Origin: Minisyncoccia bacterium
GTDB taxonomy: Bacteria; Patescibacteriota; Minisyncoccia; Phycocordibacterales; UBA918
DNA length: 64,000 nucleotides
Assembly: GCA_041742075.1 (NCBI GenBank)
Contig: JBGSJJ010000009.1
Location: 12,895-76,894 of the forward strand
Direction of reading: 5' to 3'
Part shown: piece after piece, positions 27,194 through 36,748 of the stretch
Layout: the number at the start of each line of letters is the position of its first letter
Position numbering within the stretch: position 1 is the first letter of the stretch
Translations under genes and position numbers: made by a program
Notes under the pieces: generated by a model
Seen by the model: the letters and a program-made list of their open reading frames with translations, nothing else
What the model was told of the DNA's origin: nothing
Databases searched by the model: none

Positions 27194-27598
27194 ATGCTTG
27201 ACTGGTTAGGCTCTGAAAGCATTGATCGCCCGGTGTTGATTTCGATGATATCTATAATCCTGTTGCCTATTATGGTGCTACTTGTGGTGAGGTATTTTGG
27301 TCAGAGGTCACTCCATCGACCCGTCGCTAGTCGCATCATACGGAAGCATCAGCGGATTACTGGTCGTGACATTTTCTTCACAGTGGTCCTAGTGGCGGTT
27401 ATTATTGAGGTCTTGATTGACTATCGACATCCTGCCTTCGACGACTGGACTGATGAGCTCATATTTCTGATCACTTTACCACTTGTAATCGGTTATTGGC
27501 TCTATTTTGTCGACAAGCCTGAGCAAGAGCGGAAGCGTCACGAGCGACCAGAACCCGATGTTTGTCGACAGGACAAGGTCGACAATCGAGAAGAATGA
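27194..27598 (+). CDS. Three-TM hypothetical membrane protein
   Basis: GGAGG SD, three hydrophobic segments and a charged tail. Confidence 0.7.
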   Translation: MLDWLGSESIDRPVLISMISIILLPIMVLLVVRYFGQRSLHRPVASRIIRKHQRITGRDIFFTVVLVAVIIEVLIDYRHPAFDDWTDELIFLITLPLVIGYWLYFVDKPEQERKRHERPEPDVCRQDKVDNREE

Positions 27599-27767
27599 TG
27601 CGCTCTAAGCGCTGATTGAGCGGGCTCTCACGCGAAAGCCCGCTCTACTCTTTGTACCTCCCTCTAAGGGTACGCGAGGGTATGTATACCTTTACACCAC
27701 TCTAGAAGAGGTGCATAATCGGCCCCGGTTTGTAATTCTGGATCTTCACAATAAAAGGAGTGCATCC

Positions 27768-29105
27768 GTGCACGAGACCACAACTACCTTCACCAATACC
27801 TGGGTCGGCTACGCCGCACTCACGGTACTACTTGTCGGTTATATCTTTGTAATTGCCGAGGAGAAAATCCATCTGCGAAAGTCGAAGCCAGTGCTCTTCG
27901 CTGCTGGTATCATCTGGCTCCTGATCGGTATCGCGATGTATGGTACCGAGCAGGCTGAGGCAGCGGCAGAACATCTCAGGCATAATTTCTGGGAGTGGGC
28001 TGAGATTCTCGTATTCCTCATGGTAGCAATGAGTTACGTGAATGTGCTCGAGGAACGTCGTGTTTTTGATACGCTTCGCTCGCGCCTCATCAGGGGTGGT
28101 TGGACGTATCGACAGCTCTTCTGGCTTACCGGCACAATTGCATTTTTCTTGTCACCTGTTGCAGACAACATGACCACTGCGCTTATAATGGGCGCAGTCG
28201 CGATTGCGGTCGGTGGACGTAACTCTGCGTTCATCTCTGCTTCGTGTGTCAACATTGTGGTGGCAGCAAACGCTGGCGGGGCTTTCAGTCCCTTTGGCGA
28301 CATCACCACGTTGATGGTGTGGCAGGCAGGCATCCTACCGTTCTTTGACTTCTTCCACCTCCTTCCGTCAGCACTTGTAACGTGGCTGTTGCCAGCGATC
28401 ATTATGTCGCTTACCATACCCAACCGGCGTGCAGTGAGTAATCGTGTGGAGAGTGTTGTCACCATGAAAGTTGGCGCTCGTCGGGTAATGATGTTGTTTG
28501 CTCTGACTATCGCTTGTGCGGTGGCGGGGCATAACTTCTTCCACTTCCCGCCAGTTGTCGGTATGCTGTTTGGCCTCAGCTTCCTCAAACTGTTTGGTTA
28601 CTACCTCAAGATGAGCTCGACTGATGACAACCCCTTTGATGTCATGCCTCTTGTGCAGCGGATCGAGTGGGATACTCTGCTTTTCTTTGGCGGAATTATC
28701 CTGGCGGTCGGAGGCATCGGCTACCTTGGCTATCTATCCCTGCTTTCTAGCACAGCGTACGAAAGTTGGGCCGGTATGTCACGTGAGATGAGCGTGACTG
28801 TCGCCAATGCTGGAGTTGGGGTACTGTCGGCACTAATCGATAACATTCCGATTATGTTCGCGGTGCTCTCGATGAATCCAGAGATGAGCGAGTGGCAGTG
28901 GCTTCTCGTGACTCTTACGGCTGGTGTGGGAGGTTCGATGTTGTCGATTGGTTCTGCGGCGGGTGTGGCTCTCATGGGTGCTGCACGTGGCCACTACACC
29001 TTTGCGAGTCACCTTCGCTTCACACCAGTAATTGGCCTTGGCTACATTGCTGGTATTGCGACGCACTACGGTTACGCTGTATTGCTCGTACCGCACTTGT
29101 TCTAG
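27768..29105 (+). CDS. nhaD: Na+/H+ antiporter NhaD family
   Basis: EEKIHLRKSKP, SPVADNMTTAL, ANAGGAFSPFGDITT, DNIPI and GGSMLSIGSAAG motifs. AAGGAG SD precedes GTG 27768. Confidence 0.92.
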   Translation: MHETTTTFTNTWVGYAALTVLLVGYIFVIAEEKIHLRKSKPVLFAAGIIWLLIGIAMYGTEQAEAAAEHLRHNFWEWAEILVFLMVAMSYVNVLEERRVFDTLRSRLIRGGWTYRQLFWLTGTIAFFLSPVADNMTTALIMGAVAIAVGGRNSAFISASCVNIVVAANAGGAFSPFGDITTLMVWQAGILPFFDFFHLLPSALVTWLLPAIIMSLTIPNRRAVSNRVESVVTMKVGARRVMMLFALTIACAVAGHNFFHFPPVVGMLFGLSFLKLFGYYLKMSSTDDNPFDVMPLVQRIEWDTLLFFGGIILAVGGIGYLGYLSLLSSTAYESWAGMSREMSVTVANAGVGVLSALIDNIPIMFAVLSMNPEMSEWQWLLVTLTAGVGGSMLSIGSAAGVALMGAARGHYTFASHLRFTPVIGLGYIAGIATHYGYAVLLVPHLF

Positions 29106-29291
29106 TCCTTGCAGCTTTTGCTGTCTCACCGTCCCGGGTTTTCTCGGGGCGGTTTTTCTATACACAAAAGGCTAATGTAAGTTGAAATTTTGCTGAAGGA
29201 TGACATAAAAAGCCATGAAATAAACGTTTTTTCACTATGCACAGGGTAGCTCTCGGCAGGTGATTTCTAGGCGTGGTAAACTAGTAGGTAT

Positions 29292-29402
29292 ATGGAAAAA
29301 GATTTTGATTTTGAATTACCAGCAGTGGTCGACACTGCTCCAGTGAAGCCTCGTGTACACATGGCGGTTGGGGAGTCGGTTTGTATCAGTTGTGAAGGGT
29401 AG
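29292..29402 (+). CDS. Unannotated 36-aa peptide ending in CxxC (CISCEG)
   Basis: TGGTAAACT extended -10, 9 nt, then ATG. Translation MEKDFDFELPAVVDTAPVKPRVHMAVGESVCISCEG*. A terminator follows at about 29430-29457. Confidence 0.65.
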   Translation: MEKDFDFELPAVVDTAPVKPRVHMAVGESVCISCEG

Positions 29403-29429
29403 TCAGTCAAAAAAATTTGTCGGTAAACA

Positions 29430-29457
29430 AAAAGAGCAACTTCAAGTTGCTCTTTTT
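29430..29457. terminator. Bidirectional intrinsic terminator
   Basis: AAAAGAGCAACT-tca-AGTTGCTCTTTT. Confidence 0.8.
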
Positions 29458-29460
29458 GTT

Positions 29461-29694
29461 TTACTCACACTTGTTGTAGGTCGGCTCGACACCGAGCGTG
29501 CCCCAACGGACTTTGCCCCAAACCCGTTCGTGGGTGTAATAGAAAAGAACTTTTATGGTAACGTCGATGGCTCCCACACTCGCCACTAAACCTAAGTCAC
29601 CCGTAACAAAATACACAGTGAGCATCGTCGTGCCGGAGGCGATTACTCGCCAGGTAATACCTTTTAAAATGCTCCGTAAATGTGATTCTTTCAT
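29461..29694 (-). CDS. DUF2061 family small membrane protein
   Basis: ESHLRSILKGITWRVIA...KVLFYYTHERVW...WG. Confidence 0.85.
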   Translation of the reverse strand: MKESHLRSILKGITWRVIASGTTMLTVYFVTGDLGLVASVGAIDVTIKVLFYYTHERVWGKVRWGTLGVEPTYNKCE

Positions 29695-29804
29695 AATTAT
29701 ATGAAGTGTAACATACGAGAGGTTGTATAAACGTGCACTGATTTCGTCCACAGGGCTGATATATTTGGTATACTGTAGTTGTTACTAGGTAAGCAAAATT
29801 TCCG

Positions 29805-30107
29805 ATGCTCATACTCTATTATCGACCCACGTGCCAGTTTTGTCAGAAGGTGTTAGCGGCCGGTACCGCTCTCGGTGTATCGTTTGAACTGAAAGATATC
29901 AGTGACGAACAAAACCTCCATGAACTGATTGAGAAAGGAGGTAAACGGCAGGTACCTTTTTTAATTGATACTGAAACGACTACTGAATTGTATGAATCAG
30001 AAGCCATAATTGCCTACCTCGAAGAAAAAAACGGCACCGTGTCAACTCCTCACAGCAGTAACGTACAACTTCATCGTAGTATACATGTGTGCGATCCTGT
30101 CGAATAA
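29805..30107 (+). CDS. Glutaredoxin / GST N-terminal-like protein
   Basis: CQFC active site, GGKRQVPFL and LYESEAIIAYL motifs. Confidence 0.88.
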   Translation: MLILYYRPTCQFCQKVLAAGTALGVSFELKDISDEQNLHELIEKGGKRQVPFLIDTETTTELYESEAIIAYLEEKNGTVSTPHSSNVQLHRSIHVCDPVE

Positions 30108-30137
30108 ATGTTTTTTAGCTTGTAACAAAAAAATTAC

Positions 30138-30503
30138 ATGTCACTTCCATCAATTCAATTTAAAACCACTCGTACAAATGTCACCGAAAACATAAAGCAG
30201 GTAGTAGAAGATAAATTCCAATCACTCGAAAAATATATTGGCTCTGAGAGTGATGTAAAAATTGCCATAGAATTTGAACAAGTGGCTCCCCATAACAATG
30301 GTCCAATTCATCGGGTGGAAGCTAACTTTTGGCTCGCGGGAAAGCTATTTCGAGCCGAAGCAACCGAAGAAAGTTTTGAACGAGCGATTGACGTGGTACG
30401 CGCTGAGCTTGATCAAGAGCTCCGTACTGCACGTACCAAAAAGGAAAGTATGATGCGCAAGGGTGGCAGAAAAATAAAAGAAATGATGCGCTTTGGTAAA
30501 TAA
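30138..30503 (+). CDS. hpf: Ribosome hibernation promoting factor (short HPF/RaiA)
   Basis: S30AE-like pattern ...FRAEATEESFERAIDVVRAELDQEL. Confidence 0.82.
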   Translation: MSLPSIQFKTTRTNVTENIKQVVEDKFQSLEKYIGSESDVKIAIEFEQVAPHNNGPIHRVEANFWLAGKLFRAEATEESFERAIDVVRAELDQELRTARTKKESMMRKGGRKIKEMMRFGK

Positions 30504-30518
30504 GTTTACGTATACTTT

Positions 30519-30980
30519 ATGAGTGAGAGTCCATTTAGGATTGTTAGTGATAATCCAGAAATTAAAAAGCCGACCGCTGAATATAGAGCTAAAAGACTCG
30601 AGGAGACAATGGTATATGAAGGTGGTAAGTCGGCGCAGGATGGTCTATTTACTAAGATTGACTCCTTTGTGCTTATAAATGTTGAACCGCGTCTAGCGCT
30701 CCGCAAACTTAGTGAACTCATGCATGAATTCCATACTTTGACTGGTCTAACTGGAGAAGAGAGAGATGCATTTTTGCGTGAACACCAAACGATGATTGAT
30801 GTTTGTCGCGATCAACTGAATGCGATATTTGAGTTTGAGGGTATTCCCGGACTAAACCGAGCTATGCTTAAAGGCCTGCAAAGATGTAGCAAGAATGAGG
30901 AGTATGAAATCGGGGAAACAGTGTTTCAATTGGTTGCGCTCGAAAAAGCGGACAGTCTAATCACAGAGGTGTCTACGTAA
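30519..30980 (+). CDS. Hypothetical protein
   Basis: 153-aa ORF filling the gap between hpf and the convergent fmt. Confidence 0.6.
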   Translation: MSESPFRIVSDNPEIKKPTAEYRAKRLEETMVYEGGKSAQDGLFTKIDSFVLINVEPRLALRKLSELMHEFHTLTGLTGEERDAFLREHQTMIDVCRDQLNAIFEFEGIPGLNRAMLKGLQRCSKNEEYEIGETVFQLVALEKADSLITEVST

Positions 30981-31836
30981 CGTAATCAGAAAAGTTCATT
31001 TCGGATTTACCTTCAGGCACTATCCGGTTAATGGTAAGTTTTCCTGATGCGTCTAGTTTTGCGTCTTTAATTTTTATACGTTTACCTTCGTGTCTAAAAA
31101 AAGTTTCTGGCCAGCCATCAAAGGCACAGATTTTTCTATACATGTCGTAGGCTTTCGTGCCGTCTGGTAGCGAATAAGGGTCGATTACGAGTTCACTCAT
31201 GTCCTTGGTGATTTTTGTTGAAAACGTGGCCTGGTCGTGGTCTTGTTCTTTGGCGGTAATCTCTCCAAGTGGTAGTTTTTGCATCACGTCTACCAAGAGG
31301 CATCCAGAAATCCGTGCGAGCGTAGTATCGAGTTCCATACCAGGAATTGGTTCAGTCAGAGTAACAGCTTGCTGAGTGAGGATAGGGCCATGGTCAAGCT
31401 CACGGTCCATCTGCATGATGGTGACACCGCAAGCAGAGAGGTCAGACAGAAGTGTGCTTCTAATCGGACTGGCTCCACGCAACTTAGGTAGTAGGGAAGG
31501 ATGAGCGTTGAGTGTTCCGTAAGTAGGAATACTAATGAGCCATTCCGGCATAATTTTGCCGTAGGCTAAAACCACAAAAAAATCCCAAGTTGATTCTGTA
31601 AGCGGGGTAAGTGCCTCAGCGTTTTTAAGATTGCTTGGTTGAAAAACTGGTATGCCGTTTAACTCAGCCCAGACCTTGGTTGGAGGAGGGGTAAGTATTT
31701 GCTTGCGACCAACCGGCGCGTCGGGGTTACAAACAACCAGGGTTGGTTTGTAACCAAAGGTGGCCATTTCCTCAAGAGCGGTAACAGCTAACTCCGGAGT
31801 ACCAAAAAAAGCAAAGCGAGGTGAAACACTAGACAT
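30973..31836 (-). CDS. fmt: Methionyl-tRNA formyltransferase
   Basis: FFGTPE, NAHPSLLPKLRGASPI and LDHGPI motifs. Confidence 0.95.
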   Translation of the reverse strand: MSSVSPRFAFFGTPELAVTALEEMATFGYKPTLVVCNPDAPVGRKQILTPPPTKVWAELNGIPVFQPSNLKNAEALTPLTESTWDFFVVLAYGKIMPEWLISIPTYGTLNAHPSLLPKLRGASPIRSTLLSDLSACGVTIMQMDRELDHGPILTQQAVTLTEPIPGMELDTTLARISGCLLVDVMQKLPLGEITAKEQDHDQATFSTKITKDMSELVIDPYSLPDGTKAYDMYRKICAFDGWPETFFRHEGKRIKIKDAKLDASGKLTINRIVPEGKSEMNFSDYVT

Positions 31837-31840
31837 ATTT

Positions 31841-32368
31841 TTACTTGGCTTCTCGTTTATTCATTTTTTCCATTTCTTCTTTGGTGTACATGCGCTCGGC
31901 GCGGTCAGTAAAGAGAATGCCATCTAAGTGGTCGCATTCGTGCTGAATAATTTGAGCCAACAGACCACTGGCGCCTCGTTCAAACGCCTTCCCGGTTTCA
32001 TCGAGCGCTCGCATGGTGATGTGCGTATGACGAACAACTTCACCATAGCGGTCTGGCACTGAGAGACAACCCTCACCAACGAGGTGGGTTTTCTTCGACA
32101 TTTTAACTATCTTGGGGTTGATAGCCACAAAGGAAGGAAGTTTTTCGCGGTCGGTACTTTGGTCATCAATCATAAACAATCGCTTCGAGATACCAATCTG
32201 TGGGGAAGCGATAGCGACCGCAATAAACCCATCTACACTGTATGACTTGAGGGCCTGTTTGAGGTCTTTGACGAGCTTCTTCACCGTGCCGTTTTGGATT
32301 TCTTCAGGAGAGATTTCCTCAGCAATGGTGTGAAGTGCTGGATGATTTTCGGGGACGAGTTTAGCCAT
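31841..32368 (-). CDS. def: Peptide deformylase
   Basis: AIASPQIG, EGCLSVP and QHECDHLDG motifs. Confidence 0.95.
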   Translation of the reverse strand: MAKLVPENHPALHTIAEEISPEEIQNGTVKKLVKDLKQALKSYSVDGFIAVAIASPQIGISKRLFMIDDQSTDREKLPSFVAINPKIVKMSKKTHLVGEGCLSVPDRYGEVVRHTHITMRALDETGKAFERGASGLLAQIIQHECDHLDGILFTDRAERMYTKEEMEKMNKREAK

Positions 32369-32415
32369 AATTATGGTTGTACTATAGCAAACGGTAAAAA
32401 TTTTGCGAATAATCC

Positions 32416-34314
32416 TTACACGATGCGTTCTGGGTTCACTTCAATTTTTATAAAGGGTGGCAGACTAGAAAGTGCGCGCATGAGTTCAGGGTTCGGCCAC
32501 TCACTCTTCGGGATACGGATAAGGCCATAGCGAACGGTTTTTTCGGGTGTCGAGTGCGGGGCGTTATAGTACTGAACCGAGTGAGTACGGACAGTAGCGT
32601 CAATCGTACTTTCGTAGCTGTTGGTCTGCTCAGTGGTGCCATTTGTCGTGAGTAAAATAAAGGTGGAAAAAGGTGGATACTGAAGCGCTTTTCTAACAGA
32701 AATTTCTTCCGTGTAGAACGAATCAATAAGACCTTTTTGAATACTTTTTAAGAGCGGTTCCGGTTCTGATCTAGTCTGGACATACATGTCTTTCGTAGTT
32801 TTTTGTCTGATTGCACTAATGAGTGAAAAAATACTTTCGTCGGCGCGCCAGGTATTCATACTGCGTGTCGCTTCGTATGAAGTAATGACAGACAGGTCGA
32901 TATCGGAATTAAAATACGGGACAGCTAAAGCGGTGCCAATGACGATGCAACTTTTCGTTGCCGAAAATTCATGAGCAATCTTTTTTGCCTTAATCAGCGT
33001 AGTTGCTGTGGTTGCGTCAAAGACAAACTGTGGAGTGTTGGGGAAGCGCTCGCTCACTTCGTCTATCAAGTGTTGGATACCGATACCTTGTTCACGTAGT
33101 CGCCAGCTTCCACACTCTGGACAAACGTCGGCAGCACGAATTTTTTTTCCAGAGGTACTCGAAATAAACCAGCGTCGTTCTACCTCACCATCTTGGGTGC
33201 GGATAAGGGAATAGGGTGCTCCACTGTCTGGACAGCGGAATAAGTAGCCACAATCATAGCAGGTCACGACCGGTGCCAATCCGCGTCTGGCTGAAAAAAG
33301 AAACACCTTACCTTTTAACTCGAGTGTGCGCAAAATGGCGGAGACGGTCTCCGGTAGCAAGATACTAAACTTTTTGCTCGGGGCCTTCTGCTCGGGTTTC
33401 TCTACGATAGTAAGTGGGGCCGTAAATTGAATTCTTTGGACGTGTTCTTCAAATGTCGTGTAGATTTCTTCTCGCCTCTGAATCTCGTCTTCGGTGGCAA
33501 CTAAGGTGTCGCCAAGTATCACTGAACGTTTGGTTAGCTTGGCGTATAATTTAAGAACCTCTCGTGCGTCTAGGTAGGGCCTTGTGCGTGCGCGGTAGTA
33601 TGAACTGCCAGATTCATCGATAACAATTGTACCGATGTCACTTCGGTCGAGCATACTATAGGAGGGAGTGGCAATAATAAGAATCGATTCTTTTTTACTC
33701 AAGAAGTCTGCGTAGGATTGCTCAAGTTTTTTCTTTGTGAGCGTACCTGAAAAAACCACGACGCGCTTTTCAATACCGTGACTGAGTTCGGCTACGGCCT
33801 TGGCTACGTGAGCACCGGTTGGTACCACAAACAGCACACTGGCTTTTCGAGCAAAGGACTGCCTTATATAGCTACGGTAGGCGATATAGCGGTCAACGGT
33901 AGTACCGGTTAGTACCGCTGGCGGCGGTAAACTTTCAGCCATCGTAGGTACCAGATCCTCATGTACCGGATAGCGCGTTACTCCGGCTCGTACATCAGGT
34001 GGCAGGAGCGCAAAGAGTATAGCGCCTATCTCGGCGGGGTAATAGTCAGCTAGGGTTTTGGCAGTTTTGAGGACACTCTCTGGAAGGTGTGAAAGATTTT
34101 TTTGTACACCTAGTTTTCGGAGTGAAAAAGTGGCTGCCCTGAGGGCGGCTTTGGCTGCTGAAACTGATTGTACGTTCACGACCAGTGCTTGCACCTCACT
34201 TTTTCTAATCGGTATCGTGATGAGGGTTCCAACGGGGAATTGCTCAGCACTATAATAGGTGAGCGCCTCGGTAATGCTCCCGCGGGAAAGCGGTACAGCT
34301 TCAACAATATACAT
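32416..34314 (-). CDS. priA: Primosomal protein N' (degenerate helicase motifs)
   Basis: N-terminal 3'-DNA-binding-like domain, RRG..P.V.C..CG, CPECGS, G.GIQ and R.ALQYPPF motifs, in a priA-def-fmt gene order. Confidence 0.85.
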   Translation of the reverse strand: MYIVEAVPLSRGSITEALTYYSAEQFPVGTLITIPIRKSEVQALVVNVQSVSAAKAALRAATFSLRKLGVQKNLSHLPESVLKTAKTLADYYPAEIGAILFALLPPDVRAGVTRYPVHEDLVPTMAESLPPPAVLTGTTVDRYIAYRSYIRQSFARKASVLFVVPTGAHVAKAVAELSHGIEKRVVVFSGTLTKKKLEQSYADFLSKKESILIIATPSYSMLDRSDIGTIVIDESGSSYYRARTRPYLDAREVLKLYAKLTKRSVILGDTLVATEDEIQRREEIYTTFEEHVQRIQFTAPLTIVEKPEQKAPSKKFSILLPETVSAILRTLELKGKVFLFSARRGLAPVVTCYDCGYLFRCPDSGAPYSLIRTQDGEVERRWFISSTSGKKIRAADVCPECGSWRLREQGIGIQHLIDEVSERFPNTPQFVFDATTATTLIKAKKIAHEFSATKSCIVIGTALAVPYFNSDIDLSVITSYEATRSMNTWRADESIFSLISAIRQKTTKDMYVQTRSEPEPLLKSIQKGLIDSFYTEEISVRKALQYPPFSTFILLTTNGTTEQTNSYESTIDATVRTHSVQYYNAPHSTPEKTVRYGLIRIPKSEWPNPELMRALSSLPPFIKIEVNPERIV

Positions 34315-34388
34315 AAGAGCATAGTATAACAAAGGTCCACACTCGGCGAATTTTAAGTGGATTTATTGACACTTTCACACTGCACAAG

Positions 34389-35126
34389 CTAATTTGAAGC
34401 GTTTTCAGCAAGATATGACTCAAGTTGAGTCTCGTCAACGGGTGTATCTGGGTGGTGTTGGTTGTAGATTGAAACTACGTTCTGAACAGTTTCGGGAGTA
34501 CAAACACGGTTTTCTGGTGAAAGCGTCGCTAGTACAAGGTCAAACACTTCGTTGCCACAACTATTTTTGCGAATTAAGTAATTTACACCAGCACTTGACC
34601 ACCCGTCTCTCGGTCCATTGTTTGGCAGTGATTCATTATTACGTTCCGGACGGCCATTAGTAGGGGTTGAAAGAAAACGCCAGTCACGAAACCATATACC
34701 TTTCGTGAGCGATCCTACAGAGCCGTGCGCCACTTTGGTGTTTAATACGTTTAAGTAATTGCTAAATCTTGTTGTTTCGTCTTTTAGGTCCCCATCAGTC
34801 ACACGAATATGTGTTCCGTGTTTATACAACTTAAAGTCGTCAGCGTCACTTTCAATACTGGGCTCATTGTCGTCAGTAATGGACACGCCAAGTGTTTTGA
34901 AAAAGTTTATTCTCAAGCTCTCTATTGAAGTTCTACTAGAGATATCAATCTTACACTCAACAAACTGAGACGCTGCCGCTAAGAGACTTTCCTGCAAGTT
35001 CGGATTTCCCTGAGAAAGTTCATACGACTTACGAAGGAGTGAGAACAGTTCCGCCTCAGTTTTTATCTCAAATAGTGGCTCTGACTCCTGCTCACTTTCA
35101 TGTGCGTTAGGTGGAAATTGCTCCAT
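34389..35126 (-). CDS. Hypothetical protein
   Basis: Likely start MEQFPP at 35126, just after the murA stop. Confidence 0.6.
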   Translation of the reverse strand: MEQFPPNAHESEQESEPLFEIKTEAELFSLLRKSYELSQGNPNLQESLLAAASQFVECKIDISSRTSIESLRINFFKTLGVSITDDNEPSIESDADDFKLYKHGTHIRVTDGDLKDETTRFSNYLNVLNTKVAHGSVGSLTKGIWFRDWRFLSTPTNGRPERNNESLPNNGPRDGWSSAGVNYLIRKNSCGNEVFDLVLATLSPENRVCTPETVQNVVSIYNQHHPDTPVDETQLESYLAENASN

Positions 35127-35133
35127 ATTTTTT

Positions 35134-36636
35134 TTAAAACTCTTCAATGTACGACACGTCGGCACCAAGACTATTGAGGCGCTCAACGAGTTTTTCGTAA
35201 CCGCGGTTAATACTGTAGATGTTGCGCAGTACCGAGCGCCCACTGGCACCAAGCATAGCAATAAGAAGGATGGTGGCTGGGCGGAGAGCCGGCGGACAGA
35301 TAAGTTCAGTTGGGCGGAGTTTGGTCGGGCCGTTGATGTAAATACGGTGCGGGTCAGCGAGCACCGTGTCAGCACCGAGTTTGTCGAGCTCTGTGAAGTA
35401 GATGGCGCGCTTCTCATAGACCCAGTCGTGAATGAGTGTTTGTCCGGTTGACTGGGTGGCAATTACGGCAAAGAAGGGAAGATTGTCTATATTGAGTCCT
35501 GGGTAGGGGCGCGCGTAGACCTTTTCATGGAGCGCCATGAGCTTCGATGGTTTGGTAGTTATGTCGACTAAGCGAGTCATACCGTTGTGGCTCAAGTACG
35601 GCTTACTCTTAGTGTATTTAAAGCCCATTTTTTCAAGCTTGAGGAGTTCGAGTTCAAGGAAATCAATCGGACAGCGAGTAATGGTAATCGCTGACTGAGT
35701 AACGATAGCGGTCGCCAAGAAGAACATACTATCGGTCGGGTCTTCAGACAGGGTGTAGGTAATAGTTTCATGTATCTGCTTTACACCAGTTACGGTCAGG
35801 GTGGTCGTACCAACCCCTTCGATTTTTACACCACAGGCAATTAAAAATGCACAGACTTCCTGCACCATGTAGTTGGCTGAAGCGTACTTAATGACGGTGG
35901 TTGATGGCGTCAGAGCGGCAGCAAAGAGGGCGTTTTCTGTTACGGTGTCGCCGGACTCGTAGAGAATAATCTCCGTTGGTTTTTTAGGTACATGCTTCAC
36001 CACAAAGGCATCGTCAGTAGTTTTAATATCTACCCCAAAGTGTTCCAGCGCAAAAAAGTGTGGTTGGACAGTTCGACTACCAAGCTTGCATCCGCCTGAC
36101 TGAGGAAGAGAAAAAGTGGCGAGCTTATGCATAAGGGGACCGATGAACATGACGATACTTCTGGTCTTCCTGGCTGCTTCGACGTCAATCGCTTTGAGAT
36201 TGAATTTCTTTGGCGGAGTGAGGTGTACGTCTTTGTCCTTCCACTCAATTTTCATACCGATACTCTCGAGTACCTCAATAATGCGGTGCACTTCTTCTAT
36301 GCGGGGCATCTGTTTTAAAATAGTCGTTCCTTCATTTAAAAGGGAAGCGCAGAGGAGGCCGACAGCGCCATTTTTGGAAGTGTTGGTTTCGATAGTGCCT
36401 GTCAGTTTTTTGCCACCCTCAATTGCGATGTTGACCGAACCCGGTTGGGCTGACACGATGTTGCGCTTTAAAGCGGTACTCACTTTACGAAGTAGGTCAG
36501 TTGAAACATTTTGCTTGCCTGACTCGATGCGCGCCACGGCGCTTTGAGTACTTTTGATAAGTAGAGCGAGTTCCTTCTGTGTTAGCCCAACATCTTCCCG
36601 AATCTGCGCAATTCTTGCTCCGATGTGTGTTTGCAT
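35134..36636 (-). CDS. murA: UDP-N-acetylglucosamine 1-carboxyvinyltransferase with N-terminal XRE HTH
   Basis: HTH IREDVGLTQKELA...TQSAVARIESG, then SKN, GGCKLGSR (catalytic Cys loop) and RGYE motifs. Confidence 0.92.
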   Translation of the reverse strand: MQTHIGARIAQIREDVGLTQKELALLIKSTQSAVARIESGKQNVSTDLLRKVSTALKRNIVSAQPGSVNIAIEGGKKLTGTIETNTSKNGAVGLLCASLLNEGTTILKQMPRIEEVHRIIEVLESIGMKIEWKDKDVHLTPPKKFNLKAIDVEAARKTRSIVMFIGPLMHKLATFSLPQSGGCKLGSRTVQPHFFALEHFGVDIKTTDDAFVVKHVPKKPTEIILYESGDTVTENALFAAALTPSTTVIKYASANYMVQEVCAFLIACGVKIEGVGTTTLTVTGVKQIHETITYTLSEDPTDSMFFLATAIVTQSAITITRCPIDFLELELLKLEKMGFKYTKSKPYLSHNGMTRLVDITTKPSKLMALHEKVYARPYPGLNIDNLPFFAVIATQSTGQTLIHDWVYEKRAIYFTELDKLGADTVLADPHRIYINGPTKLRPTELICPPALRPATILLIAMLGASGRSVLRNIYSINRGYEKLVERLNSLGADVSYIEEF

Positions 36637-36748
36637 ATACACAACATGATATAGCGTATCTGCTATAGTGCAAGCCTACCACTGTGGAGTGTGGTTTTTA
36701 TGCTTTCGTTTCAATTTTCCTCGATTTAGGCTACTATAGCTGTCTTAT

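Noticed and set aside
27599-27767. Na+ or Li+ riboswitch upstream of nhaD
   Set aside because: Hairpins are present but I could not match a known consensus by eye. An Rfam scan would be needed.
35127-35462. N-terminal 112 aa of the 357-aa ORF overlapping murA
   Set aside because: Shadow reading frame of murA. An ATG right after the murA stop is the more plausible start.
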